Positions 9,483-20,007 of a stretch of DNA of 64,000 nucleotides are shown one piece after another (positions within the stretch are counted from its first letter, which is position 1; every line of letters begins with the position of its first letter). This stretch comes from an uncultured delta proteobacterium. Lineage in GTDB: Bacteria; Desulfobacterota; Desulfobacteria; Desulfobacterales; JAHEIW01. Under the pieces are notes generated by a model that saw only the letters and a program-made list of their open reading frames with translations, searched no databases and was not told the origin of the DNA. A program made the translations under genes and the position numbers. Where the stretch lies: the NCBI GenBank assembly GCA_963706575.1, contig CAVPNL010000004.1, forward strand, positions 320,001 through 384,000, written 5' to 3'.

Positions 9483-11336
9483 ATGACACAGCTTATCTCA
9501 GATCGCAGGGACATTGACTTTGTCCTTTACGAACAACTAAATATCGAAGACATTTTAGAAACGGAAAAATTCAATGACCTCAACCGCAAAATGTTCGACA
9601 TGGTCATTTCCGAAGCCCGAAATTTAGGCGTTAAGGAAATCTATCCCACCTATAAGGAAGGGGACCGTGAGGGGGTAAAATTTGAAAACGGCAAGGTTAC
9701 GGTCCCGCACTGCTTTCAGCGCCCCTATGCTCTTTTTGTAGAAGGCGAATGGATTGCCATGGCCGAAGACCCTGAAGTGGGCGGACAGGGGTTTCCCTGG
9801 ATCATCCGTCAAGCGGCCTTCGAGTATATCATCGGGGCTAATTTTGCCATCGCCGGGTTCGGTAACCTCGGACACGGTGCCGCTAAAATGATTGAGCTTT
9901 TCGGAACGCCCAAACAAAAAGAGCTGTTTTTAAAAAAGGTCTATTCCGGTGAGTGGGGCGGCACCATGATGCTGACCGAGCCCGATGCCGGCTCGGATGT
10001 GGGCGCGTTAACCACAACGGCTGTTAAAAATCCGGACGGGACCTATTCTATTTCGGGCAACAAAATCTTTATCACCTGCGGCGACCACGATCTGACGGAA
10101 AATATCATCCACCCGGTTCTGGCCCGCATCGAAGGCGCGCCACCGGGGCCCAAAGGAATTTCATTGTTCATCGTTCCCAAGATATGGGTCAACGATGACG
10201 GCAGTCTGGGTGAGCCCAACGACATCGTTTGCAGCGGTGTGGAAGAGAAAATGGGCATCCACGGCAGCCCGACCTGCAGTATGGCGCTGGGCGGCAAAGG
10301 AAAATGCCGCGGCCTTTTACTGGGGGAAGAAAACAAGGGCCTGATGGTCATGTTCCACATGATGAATGAAGCCCGCCTGGATGTCGGCGCCCAGGGCTTT
10401 TTGCACGCCTCGGCCGCGTATTTATATGCGGTCAACTATGCCCGTGAGCGATTACAGGGCAGAGATATCGAAAAAGGCAAAGATTCGACAGCGCCCCAGG
10501 TACCGATCATCTGCCACCCGGATGTCAGGCGGATGCTGTTGCTGATGAAAGCTTACGTGGACGGCATGCGCAGCATTGTCTATTACGTCGCCTATTGTTT
10601 TGATAAAAAATCCACCGCAAAAACCCAGCAGGAGAAAGAACGCTACAATGATTTTATTGAGTTACTGACGCCGATTATCAAGGCTTACTGTAGTGAACGC
10701 GGGCAATTTGTCTGCGAACAGGCCATTCAGGTGTACGGCGGCTACGGCTATACCAAGGAATATCCGGTCGAACAGCTTTACCGCGATTGTAAGATCACCA
10801 GTATCTATGAAGGGACCAATGGAATTCAGGCCATGGATTTATTGGGGCGCAAGCTGGGAATGAAAAAAGGCACCGTTTTTTTGGATTTTCTAAATGAAAT
10901 CAAGGCCGCAATTGCGAGCGCCAGAGAAATACCGCGCCTGGAAGACCTTGCCGGCCGGGTTGAAACGGCCCTGAACCGACTCAGTGAAGTCGCGATGCAT
11001 ATCAGCAAAACCGCTTACTCCAGAGATATGAAACTGGCGTTTGCTTACGCGCACCCGTTTATGGAGGTTGTCGGCGATGTGATTATGGCCTGGATGCTTC
11101 TATGGCGGGCTGCGGTGGCCGTGCCGGGATTGGAAAAACTGGCCGGCAGCGCAGACGAGAAGGCAATTCAGTCCACGGTTGCCAAAAACAAAGATGCGGC
11201 CTTCTACGACGGTCAGCTAAAAGCCGCCGAATTTTTCATCACCTCCCTGCTGCCGGTTACCCTGGGAAAAATGAATGCCATTGCCGCACCCAACCCCGCA
11301 GCGATCGATATTCACGAAAAGTCGTTTGGGGGGTAG
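9483..11336 (+). CDS. Acyl-CoA dehydrogenase
   Basis: MLTEPDAGSD, GNKIFIT, EEKMGIHGSPT, QVYGGYGY, IYEGTNGIQA. Confidence 0.95.
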   Translation: MTQLISDRRDIDFVLYEQLNIEDILETEKFNDLNRKMFDMVISEARNLGVKEIYPTYKEGDREGVKFENGKVTVPHCFQRPYALFVEGEWIAMAEDPEVGGQGFPWIIRQAAFEYIIGANFAIAGFGNLGHGAAKMIELFGTPKQKELFLKKVYSGEWGGTMMLTEPDAGSDVGALTTTAVKNPDGTYSISGNKIFITCGDHDLTENIIHPVLARIEGAPPGPKGISLFIVPKIWVNDDGSLGEPNDIVCSGVEEKMGIHGSPTCSMALGGKGKCRGLLLGEENKGLMVMFHMMNEARLDVGAQGFLHASAAYLYAVNYARERLQGRDIEKGKDSTAPQVPIICHPDVRRMLLLMKAYVDGMRSIVYYVAYCFDKKSTAKTQQEKERYNDFIELLTPIIKAYCSERGQFVCEQAIQVYGGYGYTKEYPVEQLYRDCKITSIYEGTNGIQAMDLLGRKLGMKKGTVFLDFLNEIKAAIASAREIPRLEDLAGRVETALNRLSEVAMHISKTAYSRDMKLAFAYAHPFMEVVGDVIMAWMLLWRAAVAVPGLEKLAGSADEKAIQSTVAKNKDAAFYDGQLKAAEFFITSLLPVTLGKMNAIAAPNPAAIDIHEKSFGG

Positions 11337-11356
11337 GGTTTAGAAAGGAGTTTAAA

Positions 11357-12607
11357 ATGAAAGATGTTGTGATCGCTTCAGCTTGCAGGACCGCTATCGG
11401 CGCATTTGGCGGAACTTTAAAAGACGGTCATGCCGCAACCATTGCCAGTGCGACCATGAAAGCGGCGGTGGAAAGAGCCGGCATCGATGCCGCCTTGATC
11501 GATGATGTGCGCTACGGCTGCTGCATGGAGCCGGTGGACACTTTAAATGTGGCTCGCATTGCAGCGCTTTTAGCCGGCATACCGGATTCGGTACCGGCGG
11601 TGACGATCAACCGCGTCTGCATTTCCGGCATGGAGGCCGTCCTTTCGGGCATGGCGATGATCCGGGCCGGCATGGCAGATGTCATCCTGGCCGGCGGGGT
11701 AGAGCATATGTCCGGTGCGCCGTATTCACTTCCGGGCGCCAGGTGGGGGTATCGCCTGCAGGACAACGAATGCGTCGACAATGTGATCCGTGGTCTGTAT
11801 TGCGGGTCCCACATCATACCGCATCCCGAAGACGGACCGGTGGATGCCGAAAAGCCGCCGCTCTCCTTTTTTAAAGGCAAACCGTATATTATGGGGCACA
11901 CGGCTGAATTCGTGGCCCAGCATCTTAACATCAGCAGAGAGGAAATGGACGAGATCGCTCTGCGCAGTCACAACAATGTTGAACGCGCCACCCAGGACGG
12001 CTCGTTTAAAGATGAGATCGTCCCGCTGGAAATTCCACAGAGAAAAAAAGCGCCCATCATTTTCGACAAAGACGAACATTTCAGACCCGGACTGACGCCG
12101 GCCGATCTTGAGAAGCTGCCGCCGGCATTTGTGCCCAAAACCGGCAAGGTGACGGCCGGCAACTCCAGCGGTATTAACGACGGATCCGCCGGCATGGTCA
12201 TTATGTCCGCTGAAAAGGCCAAGGATCTGAATATTCAGCCGCTGGCAAAAATAACGGCCACCGGCAAAGGCGGCTGTCATCCGTCCATTATGGGGCTGTC
12301 TCCGGTACCCGCGGTTAGCGATCTGCTTAAAAGAAGCGGTATGAAACTGGAAGATTTTGATCTGATTGAAATCAATGAAGCTTTTGCCGCCCAGTACCTG
12401 GGCTGTGAAAAAGAGCTGGGCTTGAAGCGGGAAATCACCAATATCAACGGCTCGGGAATCGGCCTGGGGCATCCGGTGGGCGCCACCGGCACCCGGATCA
12501 TCGTCACGCTGATCCATGCGCTGAAAAAACAGAACAAAAGTCTGGGGCTGGCGACCCTTTGCGGCGGCGGCGGGGTGTCGATGGCCTGCGCAATTGAGAT
12601 TATTTAA
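11357..12607 (+). CDS. Acetyl-CoA C-acyltransferase (thiolase)
   Basis: INRVCISG, GNSSGINDG, NEAFAAQ, GHPVGATG, LCGGGG; AAGGAG RBS before ATG 11357. Confidence 0.95.
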   Translation: MKDVVIASACRTAIGAFGGTLKDGHAATIASATMKAAVERAGIDAALIDDVRYGCCMEPVDTLNVARIAALLAGIPDSVPAVTINRVCISGMEAVLSGMAMIRAGMADVILAGGVEHMSGAPYSLPGARWGYRLQDNECVDNVIRGLYCGSHIIPHPEDGPVDAEKPPLSFFKGKPYIMGHTAEFVAQHLNISREEMDEIALRSHNNVERATQDGSFKDEIVPLEIPQRKKAPIIFDKDEHFRPGLTPADLEKLPPAFVPKTGKVTAGNSSGINDGSAGMVIMSAEKAKDLNIQPLAKITATGKGGCHPSIMGLSPVPAVSDLLKRSGMKLEDFDLIEINEAFAAQYLGCEKELGLKREITNINGSGIGLGHPVGATGTRIIVTLIHALKKQNKSLGLATLCGGGGVSMACAIEII

Positions 12608-12662
12608 AATTTAATTTTTCCCCGAGAGCTTTTTTACAAACCGTCTCAAAATGCTGCCATAT

Positions 12663-12738
12663 CGCGGCAAGATGCCGCTCCCACATGTTTTGTGGCAAAT
12701 AAATAGTACTTGATAGTGGGAGTGGCTTCCAGCCACGA
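12663..12738. repeat. REP pair (GTGGGAGCGGCTTCCAGCCGCGA family)
   Basis: cgcggcaagatgccgctcccac and gtgggagtggcttccagccacga; same family at 19549 and 44314-44387. Confidence 0.7.
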
Positions 12739-12859
12739 ATTATTTGATCCGCTTTTGAGTCCGATCGCGATTCGGCCTCGAAAATTAACTGAAGTTTTTA
12801 TAAATAATTAACGAATACAAATGGATTTGGATTTGATTGACTAAAAAGGAGGTGGAGCA

Positions 12860-13606
12860 ATGAAACGGTATATCTGGAGTATAGCAGCGGCGACCATTAT
12901 TTTGGTATTCCCTTTTTGGGCGATGGCGGTGGACTATTTGGCGGAAGCCGACAAAATTTTTGATCAGGAGGGGCTTGAAAATTACAAGAAGTCCATTGAC
13001 CTGTATGTCAAGGCGGTTGAACAGCATGCCGACGATTATGAAGCCGCCTGGAAGTGCGCCCGTGCGCACCGCGAGTACGCCGATGAAGCCAAAAAGAAAG
13101 GCGTCGAGGGCTGGAAGGATATTTGCGCCCAATACGGCAAGGCAGGCATGCAATACGCCCAGAAGGCCATCGAGTTGAAACCGGAGCGCCCCGACGGGCA
13201 CTATTACTACGGTCTGAACGTCGGCATTTATTCCGATGGCGTCAGCATATTCACCGCCCTGGCGGAAGGATTGAAAGACAAAACCCAGCAAAGCTTCGAA
13301 AAAACGTATGAGATCAACAAAATGTATAAAGATGGTGGACCGATGCTGTCGCTGGGCCGTTTCTGGGCGGTCCTGCCGTGGCCGCTGCGCGACCGGAAAA
13401 AATCGCTGGCCTACTACCGCGAATATCAGGAGACCCAGTATTTCGCCACCAACACCGAAGCCCAGCTTTTTCTGGCGGAACTCCTGATTCAAATGGGCGG
13501 AGACAAGAACAAAAACGAGGCCAAAGGCTATGTGGAAGACGGACTAAAATCCGATGACCCGTATTTCGCAGATTGGGCAAAGCAGATGCAGGCCAAATTG
13601 AAATAA
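12860..13606 (+). CDS. Secreted TPR-like helical repeat protein
   Basis: Signal peptide, TPR-like segments (YAQKAIELKPERPDGHYYYG), AGGAGG RBS. Confidence 0.8.
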   Translation: MKRYIWSIAAATIILVFPFWAMAVDYLAEADKIFDQEGLENYKKSIDLYVKAVEQHADDYEAAWKCARAHREYADEAKKKGVEGWKDICAQYGKAGMQYAQKAIELKPERPDGHYYYGLNVGIYSDGVSIFTALAEGLKDKTQQSFEKTYEINKMYKDGGPMLSLGRFWAVLPWPLRDRKKSLAYYREYQETQYFATNTEAQLFLAELLIQMGGDKNKNEAKGYVEDGLKSDDPYFADWAKQMQAKLK

Positions 13607-13739
13607 TAAGCGCAGCGTCATTCAGCCGTCGAAGTGTTTTTTTGACCACTGCGAATAGTCCGCCATCAATCGGAGATCAAATTAAATTACAACCTGATCG
13701 ATTCGCCTCCAGAGGTCCAGAGGTAAAGGCGGTGTTATT

Positions 13740-15443
13740 ATGGCAGACCCCTACTCAGCGAAGCCCTGGTTGAAGTTCTACGACAAGCATGTCCCACCGA
13801 ACCTGGAGTGCCCAAACAAAACCTACCTGGCATATTTCAGGGAAGCGGTGGAAAGCGTTCCCCGCAAAGTTGCTGTCTATTATATGGGAAGGGGAATAAC
13901 CTTTCACGAGCTGGACAACCTTTCCGATAAATTTGCCCGGTTTCTTCAGCGCGCCGGCCTGCAGCCCGGTGATACGGTGGGTGTCCACCTTCCCAACCTG
14001 CCGGCATATTATATATCCATCATCGGCATCCAGAAAGCCGGCTGCGTGCTTTCGGGGGTAAGTCCCCTGCTCCAGGACAAGGAGCTGGAATATCAGCTCA
14101 ATGACTCCGGTGCCAAATGCCTGGTCACTCTGGATATTTTTTATGATAAAGTCGCAGCGGTCTGGGAAAAAACCGGCGTTAAAACAGTGGTGGTTACTCA
14201 AATCGCAGACTTCCTCTCACCGGTTAAGAAATTCCTCGGCACCCTGTTAAAAAAAATCCCGTCGGCAAGCATCACGCCCCTGCCCGCAAAAAAAGTGCAT
14301 CGCTTTAGACAAATTCTCAAAGACATGCCCGCCGATAAGATTGAAATTAAGCGAAGCCTTAAAGACCCCATGCTGATGCAGTATACCGGTGGCACGACCG
14401 GTCTGCCCAAGGGGGCGATTCTCACCGAGAAAAACATTTCCCATCAGCTCAGGCAATTACAGGTGTGGCTGGATCTCAACATGGGAGATCAGTTCGTCCT
14501 TTCGGCCTTTCCTTTGTTTCACCTGGCGGGCCTTATCCTGGCAATGGTCTGCCTGGCCATGGGCTTCAGCCAGGTGGCCGTTCCAAACCCCCGCGACCTG
14601 GATTTTATCATATCCGCCATTAAAAAATATCAACCCACCGGTATCGTCAACGTGCCGACGCTCTTTCTCGAACTGTTAAAGAAGCCCGGATTTGTTTCCC
14701 TGGACTTTTCAACCGTCCGGTGGTTTATCAGCGGCGCCGCTCCTTTCCCCTCGGATCACTTAAGAAAATTCGAAGCCGTCGTCGGTGAAGGCAAACTGAT
14801 CGAGGCTTTTGGTATGACGGAAACAAGCCCGGTGACCGCCGCTCTGCCCCTGTACGGAACCAAGAAAGCCGGCTCAATTGGCATTCCGTTTCCGGACACC
14901 GAAGTCAAGCTCATTCATCCGGATACCGGCGAACCGGTACCACAGGGAGAACCCGGTGAATTTGTGGCCCGCGGCCCGCAGGTATTTACGCTGGGTTACC
15001 ACAATAATCCGGAAGAAACGGCAAAAACATTAAAGGATGGCTGGATTTACACCGGTGACATCTGCAAGATGGATGCAGACGGCTATTTTTACGTTGTGGA
15101 TCGCCTCAAGGATATGGTGAATGTCTCCGGATTCAACGTCTTCACCCGCCAGGTGGATGAGGTATTGATGGACTACCCCGACATCGACATGGCGGCAACC
15201 ATCGGGCTGCCGGACCCCGAACGGCCGGGATCGGAAATCGTCGCATCAGCGATAGTGCTAAAATCCGGCAAGGAAAAGAGCAACCAGATGAAAGATGAAA
15301 TCACCCATTATATGCGCGCAAAAGTCGCCCCTTACAAAATCCCCCGGGTGATCGAGTTTATGGATGAACTTCCGACCAGTCCCGTCGGCAAGGTGTTGAA
15401 GCGTGAGTTAAGAAAAGTAATGCAAGATGAAAACGGTATCTAA
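13740..15443 (+). CDS. Long-chain-fatty-acid--CoA ligase (AMP-binding)
   Basis: YTGGTTGLPKG, FGMTETSP, TGDI, DRLKDM, GKVLK. Confidence 0.93.
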   Translation: MADPYSAKPWLKFYDKHVPPNLECPNKTYLAYFREAVESVPRKVAVYYMGRGITFHELDNLSDKFARFLQRAGLQPGDTVGVHLPNLPAYYISIIGIQKAGCVLSGVSPLLQDKELEYQLNDSGAKCLVTLDIFYDKVAAVWEKTGVKTVVVTQIADFLSPVKKFLGTLLKKIPSASITPLPAKKVHRFRQILKDMPADKIEIKRSLKDPMLMQYTGGTTGLPKGAILTEKNISHQLRQLQVWLDLNMGDQFVLSAFPLFHLAGLILAMVCLAMGFSQVAVPNPRDLDFIISAIKKYQPTGIVNVPTLFLELLKKPGFVSLDFSTVRWFISGAAPFPSDHLRKFEAVVGEGKLIEAFGMTETSPVTAALPLYGTKKAGSIGIPFPDTEVKLIHPDTGEPVPQGEPGEFVARGPQVFTLGYHNNPEETAKTLKDGWIYTGDICKMDADGYFYVVDRLKDMVNVSGFNVFTRQVDEVLMDYPDIDMAATIGLPDPERPGSEIVASAIVLKSGKEKSNQMKDEITHYMRAKVAPYKIPRVIEFMDELPTSPVGKVLKRELRKVMQDENGI

Positions 15444-16368
15444 AACCGACAGCGAAAATGCCAGTTTCGATTTAAGTCTGGGTTATTTAAACAAAAGCGG
15501 CAGCGCTTGGCTCCGCACCGCTGGGTTTACTGCTTTAGCCCTGATTGCTTTTGCGGCCAATTCAGTGCTGTGCCGGCTGGCCCTGGGTGCGACCGCCATT
15601 GATGCCGCCAGTTTCACCACCATCCGGCTGGTTTCCGGCGCCCTTGTGCTGCTGCTTGTAAATGCTGCCGGAAAAACCGCGGTGGTGACTGACAGAGGTA
15701 ATTGGACCTCCGCTTTCATGCTGTTCCTCTATGCAGTCACGTTTTCTTTTGCCTACACCAGCCTGAACACCGGCACCGGCGCCCTGATCCTGTTCGGATC
15801 GGTGCAGGCCACCATGATTATTTTTGCGGTTTTCCAGGGCGAGCGTCTGCGTCTGTGGGGATGGCTGGGTCTGTTTGCCGGCCTGGCGGGTTTGACCTAT
15901 CTGGTGTTTCCCGGTCTGACGGCGCCCTCCCCTGCGGCGGCGGCCCTCATGGCTGTTGCCGGCATTTCCTGGGGGATTTATTCATTGCGCGGCCGCGGTT
16001 CGGTATCCCCGGTTGCCGTTACCACGGACAATTTCTTGCGATCCACCCCTTTTGTGGTTCTCATCAGCCTGGTCTTTTTTCAGGATTTGCACATCACGTT
16101 TAAGGGCGCTTTCTTTGCAGCCCTTTCCGGCGGGCTGACATCGGCAATCGGCTATGTCATATGGTACGCTGCCCTGCGGGACCACTCGGCAACCAGCGCG
16201 GCACTAGTTCAGCTGCTCGTACCGGTGCTGGCCGCACTCGGTGGCGTGGTTCTCCTGTCCGAAGCGCTCACGGTGCGTCTGCTGCTGTCATCCGCCATGA
16301 TTATCGGGGGCGTTGCCCTGGCCTTGACTCAGCGGCAAAATCCGGTGCCTGCGAAATCAACAGAATAA
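15427..16368 (+). CDS. DMT/EamA family transporter
   Basis: ~10 hydrophobic helices, AFAANSVLCRLAL motif. Confidence 0.85.
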   Translation: MKTVSKTDSENASFDLSLGYLNKSGSAWLRTAGFTALALIAFAANSVLCRLALGATAIDAASFTTIRLVSGALVLLLVNAAGKTAVVTDRGNWTSAFMLFLYAVTFSFAYTSLNTGTGALILFGSVQATMIIFAVFQGERLRLWGWLGLFAGLAGLTYLVFPGLTAPSPAAAALMAVAGISWGIYSLRGRGSVSPVAVTTDNFLRSTPFVVLISLVFFQDLHITFKGAFFAALSGGLTSAIGYVIWYAALRDHSATSAALVQLLVPVLAALGGVVLLSEALTVRLLLSSAMIIGGVALALTQRQNPVPAKSTE

Positions 16369-16515
16369 TATCAAATACTGAAAGGGAGTCTTAACTGACG
16401 GATACCGATTTTCCCTCCTCCAGGATTTTATAACATGCATCAGCTTAGTCTTATTGAGAAACTGCCGGGACGGCGCTTTCGGTTTGAACTGGAAGGGGTG
16501 ACGCTGACGCGTCAA

Positions 16516-17655
16516 TTATTTCTGACAGTCATGCGAAATGATGTTTCCGGTGCGGTCTCCGCTTTTGGTGGTCTCATAGGATATTCCGCAGACTGAATCC
16601 TTGCCTCTTTCCTTGACGCTGAACATGGCCTGATCCGCCAGCGCCAGCAGTTCTGTGAGCGTGTCGGCATCATCGGGGAAGGTGGATACGCCCAGACTGG
16701 AACTAATGCAGACTTTTAAACCCGCTTTTTGAAGATAGATGGTTTCTTTGATTCGTTTCCGGATGGTTTCCGCCATATCCAGTGCCTGCCGCTTGTCAAA
16801 TCCGGGCAATACCAGCACAAACTCATCACCGCCATAAGCCACGCCGTAAGCAGGTGGCTGAAGGGTTGTTATAATCGTGGCGGCAATTTCCTGAAGCGCT
16901 TTGCTGGCGTTAAGATGCCCATGGGTGTCGACCACCTGTTTAAAATTATCAATATCCATAAATACCAGAGAAAAAACCAGGCCGCGGGAGGCGCTTTTTT
17001 TAATCAGCTCAGCCAGGGCGTGGTACAGGTATCTGGTGTTGTAAAGGCCGGTTAAATTATCGTGAATCGCCTGTTTCTTAAACTTTTGCTCGCTTTTTCT
17101 CAGGGCTTTCTGAGCCTGTTTAAGATGTTCGTCGGCCTCCATTTCTTTGGTAACGATTGTTAGATTGCCGATCGAAATGTAAATATTATCCGCTTCAAAC
17201 GGCTCTATTCGGGCCTGGTCTTTTAGCCAATAGGTTCCGGCGTCAGCCGCAGAGATTTTATAAACCGCTTCGAGAATTCCGCTTTTTTTAACCTCTTCTC
17301 TAAGTTCGGATTTGCGTTCGATGACCTCATTGCTTTGCAGGGTCACTTCCCGAGGGTCCTTGGGTTTGCCCATTTTTGTGTAGATGCGGCGCTCAACCAT
17401 ACTGTTTCGGAAAAATTCTGACGCATCCGAATGGCCACAGCCCAGAAGCTGTATCAGCTGTCTGCTGACAAACTCATACCAGATCACATTGTGCTTTTCC
17501 TGCCAGGCGGCAATGTAAGGTATCGCCGGGGCTCCCAGCTCATCAAATACTTGAAAATGCCGGATGCATTCGGCAATGCGGCTTTTGAGCCCGCTGCTGT
17601 AACTGCCGTTTAAAATCCGGCCGTAGTAACCATTGGGCGTATCTTGATCAGGCAT
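16516..17655 (-). CDS. Diguanylate cyclase (GGDEF)
   Basis: DNLTGLYN, DIDNFKQVVDTHGH, YGGDEF, ADQAMF; no RxxD I-site. Confidence 0.92.
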   Translation of the reverse strand: MPDQDTPNGYYGRILNGSYSSGLKSRIAECIRHFQVFDELGAPAIPYIAAWQEKHNVIWYEFVSRQLIQLLGCGHSDASEFFRNSMVERRIYTKMGKPKDPREVTLQSNEVIERKSELREEVKKSGILEAVYKISAADAGTYWLKDQARIEPFEADNIYISIGNLTIVTKEMEADEHLKQAQKALRKSEQKFKKQAIHDNLTGLYNTRYLYHALAELIKKSASRGLVFSLVFMDIDNFKQVVDTHGHLNASKALQEIAATIITTLQPPAYGVAYGGDEFVLVLPGFDKRQALDMAETIRKRIKETIYLQKAGLKVCISSSLGVSTFPDDADTLTELLALADQAMFSVKERGKDSVCGISYETTKSGDRTGNIISHDCQK

Positions 17656-17671
17656 GCGGGTTTCCGATTCT

Positions 17672-17833
17672 TAGAAGTGGTTTCAAAACCTCAGATCAGG
17701 TTCAAGGGCAAGGCGTCAGGCCGATCGGGAAAGTCGTTGTTCTCAGCATACATGATGGACTAGATGTGAGCATTTACCGGAGGACTGCAACGCAGCCATT
17801 GAGCCTGAGATGGGGTTTTGAACGACCAATTCT
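17672..17833. mobile_element. MITE family A copy
   Basis: TIR tagaagtggtttcaaaacc; reverse complement of the element at 28395-28541. Confidence 0.75.
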
Positions 17834-17901
17834 TGGTGATGGTTTCATCCCCGGGGACAGATCTCTGCGGCGAACCTGGTATGGCTTTGTGATAAAGGAC
17901 A

Positions 17902-17957
17902 AAACAATATGTTGATATCAAATATGTATTTATACACCACATATGGTATGGGATCAA
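17902..17957 (-). promoter_or_regulatory. Sigma70-type promoter toward the GGDEF gene, overlapped by tandem NrdR-like boxes
   Basis: TTGATC-N17-TATAAA (minus); boxes aaacaatatgttgata 17902-17917 and acaccacatatggtat 17934-17949, 32 bp apart. Confidence 0.6.
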
Positions 17958-18054
17958 GTTGAAATTGATTGGTTTGACGTTTGACAAATAAGAATTCAGC
18001 TTTTACGATTTTGCCGTTCGATGCGTACCGCACGGATAAAACCTGAACTCAAAG

Positions 18055-18113
18055 ACACTATATATTGTGTATAACATCTTATCTTGACTATATATTGTAT
18101 GGTATGGTATAAG
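18055..18113 (+). promoter_or_regulatory. Tandem NrdR boxes overlapping a sigma70 promoter of the PilZ gene
   Basis: acactatatattgtgt (18055-18070, perfect match to acaCwAtATaTwGtgt) and tgactatatattgtat (18085-18100); TTGACT-N18-TATAAG. Confidence 0.7.
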
Positions 18114-18180
18114 TTACATTCAGGATAAATTCTGGAAATCGGTATATTCATTATTAGACGCAATTTTGGGGGAATTTACC

Positions 18181-18516
18181 GTGGATCCTGAAAATGTGGT
18201 TTATTTGCACGAAAGAGGGTCAAATAGCGTCATCGATTTAAGGCGATTTAGGCGAAAACCATTTCGCCGCGCCACTATCTTTGCCTGTCAAGACCGCTAC
18301 TATGCAGGTTTAACTAAAAATATCAGCAAGGGTGGGATTTTTATCGAGACGCGGAATCAATTTTTGCCCGGGCAAATTATTACACTGGTCATTTCCCGCA
18401 CTAAAATAGAAAAAGGCGTCATGCTGAAAGGTGAGGTGGTCCATCTACAGCACGAAGGATTCGGCTTGAAATTTTTAAGCCTGCTGAAAGACGGAAGGGA
18501 ATTTCATATAAAGTAA
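18181..18516 (+). CDS. PilZ domain protein
   Basis: RRFRR (RxxxR) and NISKGG (D/NxSxxG) c-di-GMP motifs; GTG start after a G-rich RBS. Confidence 0.85.
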   Translation: MDPENVVYLHERGSNSVIDLRRFRRKPFRRATIFACQDRYYAGLTKNISKGGIFIETRNQFLPGQIITLVISRTKIEKGVMLKGEVVHLQHEGFGLKFLSLLKDGREFHIK

Positions 18517-18556
18517 AAGGCAGTGTCTCAATGACCCTGCCTTTCTGCCTTTTTTA
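18514..18556. terminator. Bidirectional terminator between convergent PilZ and miaA
   Basis: aaaaggcag...ctgccttt hairpin with A/T tails. Confidence 0.55.
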
Positions 18557-18561
18557 TTAAC

Positions 18562-19497
18562 TTAAACTTCACCCATAAAATTCTCTACTAATGATATTAA
18601 CGCTTCAACCTGCCGCGGTTCTTTCCAGATGATTTCCGGATCGGCTCCGAACCAGGTCAGCTGGCGTTTGGCGTAATGTCGATGATCACGCTTCAGGGTT
18701 CTAACACACTCGTCCCAGTTTAACCGGCCCTCGATGTAATCCACCATATGGCGGTAGCCGATGGATTGCATGGGCTTAAGGCTCGCAGAATATCCCCTGG
18801 CCATCAAACCTTTGACCTCATCCAGAAATCCGGCCGAAATCATGTCGTCAACTCTGCGGTTAATCCGCTCGTATAAAAGCGCGCGGTCCATCTCCAAGCC
18901 GATTTTTAAGGACTCAAAGGGTTGTTCGAAAAACCCGTGCTTTTTATGATGTTTTGAAATGGCCTGACCGGTTGCCTCGATGACCTCTAAAGCTCTAAGG
19001 ATGCGATAGGTGTCGTTGGGGTGCAGCCGATTGGCGGTTTCGGGATCCAGTTCGCCAAGGCGTTCGTATAAAATTTGGATACCATGTGTATCTGCCTCTG
19101 CTTTTAGCCTGTCGCGAATTTCCGGGTCTGAAACCTTCTCATCGAAGAGGCCGTACAGAAGCGCTTTAATGTAAAGCCCCGTTCCGCCGACCACAAAGGG
19201 CGTAATATGCTGCTGATCCAGCTCGATGATTTTTTCCCGGGCCCTTGCGGCATATTGGGCGGCATCAAAGGATTCATCGGGCTCCACGAAATCGACCATA
19301 TGGTGGACGACACGCGCCTGCTCTGCGACGGTGGGCTTGGCCGTGCCGATATCCATATACTTATAGACCTGCATGGAATCCGCCCCGACGATCTGACCCG
19401 CAAAGTGCTGCGCCAGATCGATGGCAATGGTTGTCTTGCCGATACCGGTCGGACCGCAGACAATAATTATTTTAGGCTTCGCAGTTGGGGAATTCAT
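18562..19497 (-). CDS. miaA: tRNA dimethylallyltransferase
   Basis: GPTGIGKT, DSMQVY, DIGTAKP, VGGTGLY, YAKRQLTWF. Confidence 0.97.
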   Translation of the reverse strand: MNSPTAKPKIIIVCGPTGIGKTTIAIDLAQHFAGQIVGADSMQVYKYMDIGTAKPTVAEQARVVHHMVDFVEPDESFDAAQYAARAREKIIELDQQHITPFVVGGTGLYIKALLYGLFDEKVSDPEIRDRLKAEADTHGIQILYERLGELDPETANRLHPNDTYRILRALEVIEATGQAISKHHKKHGFFEQPFESLKIGLEMDRALLYERINRRVDDMISAGFLDEVKGLMARGYSASLKPMQSIGYRHMVDYIEGRLNWDECVRTLKRDHRHYAKRQLTWFGADPEIIWKEPRQVEALISLVENFMGEV

Positions 19498-19623
19498 AAG
19501 GTGTTAAATTCTTTATCTGGTTATCCGGAAGAACAAGTGGTATTGAATGTGGGAGCGGCTTCCACAGAGGGTTTATCTGATGGAACTTGGACTTTCCAGA
19601 TAAGCAGAATAATTTATTCTACT

Positions 19624-20007
19624 TCATCGCCTGGCATGACATTGCCCGCACATGAGCGGTCCTTTCTTTTTTTCGCGGTGGCAGCTTTTACAATTGGTAT
19701 GAAAGGCCATCATCAAACCGGGTTTTCGGCCGTCATCCTGCATCGCATGGCAATCCGCGCAGCCCTGGTCTTCGGATGATTCATCTTCTATCAGCTTGCC
19801 GTTTTCATAGACATGGTGGCAAACGTTGCATTCTTCGATTGCGGCCGATTCATTGTGCTGGTCGTGCCTGAAAACAGCCGGCGGCCGCTTCGGGTTTTCA
19901 AAAGCCTGGTTGTCAATGACGATCATATCTTCCTGTGAATAGGCCGCTACCGGGAAAAAACAACAAACCGTAAATACCGCCAGAATGAGCAGAAACCATC
20001 GCCGCAT
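19624..20007 (-). CDS. Acidic tetraheme cytochrome c3 (TmcA-like)
   Basis: Signal peptide and four CxxCH (CNVCH, CADCH, CKSCH, CGQCH), FRHDQH motif. Confidence 0.9.
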   Translation of the reverse strand: MRRWFLLILAVFTVCCFFPVAAYSQEDMIVIDNQAFENPKRPPAVFRHDQHNESAAIEECNVCHHVYENGKLIEDESSEDQGCADCHAMQDDGRKPGLMMAFHTNCKSCHREKKKGPLMCGQCHARR

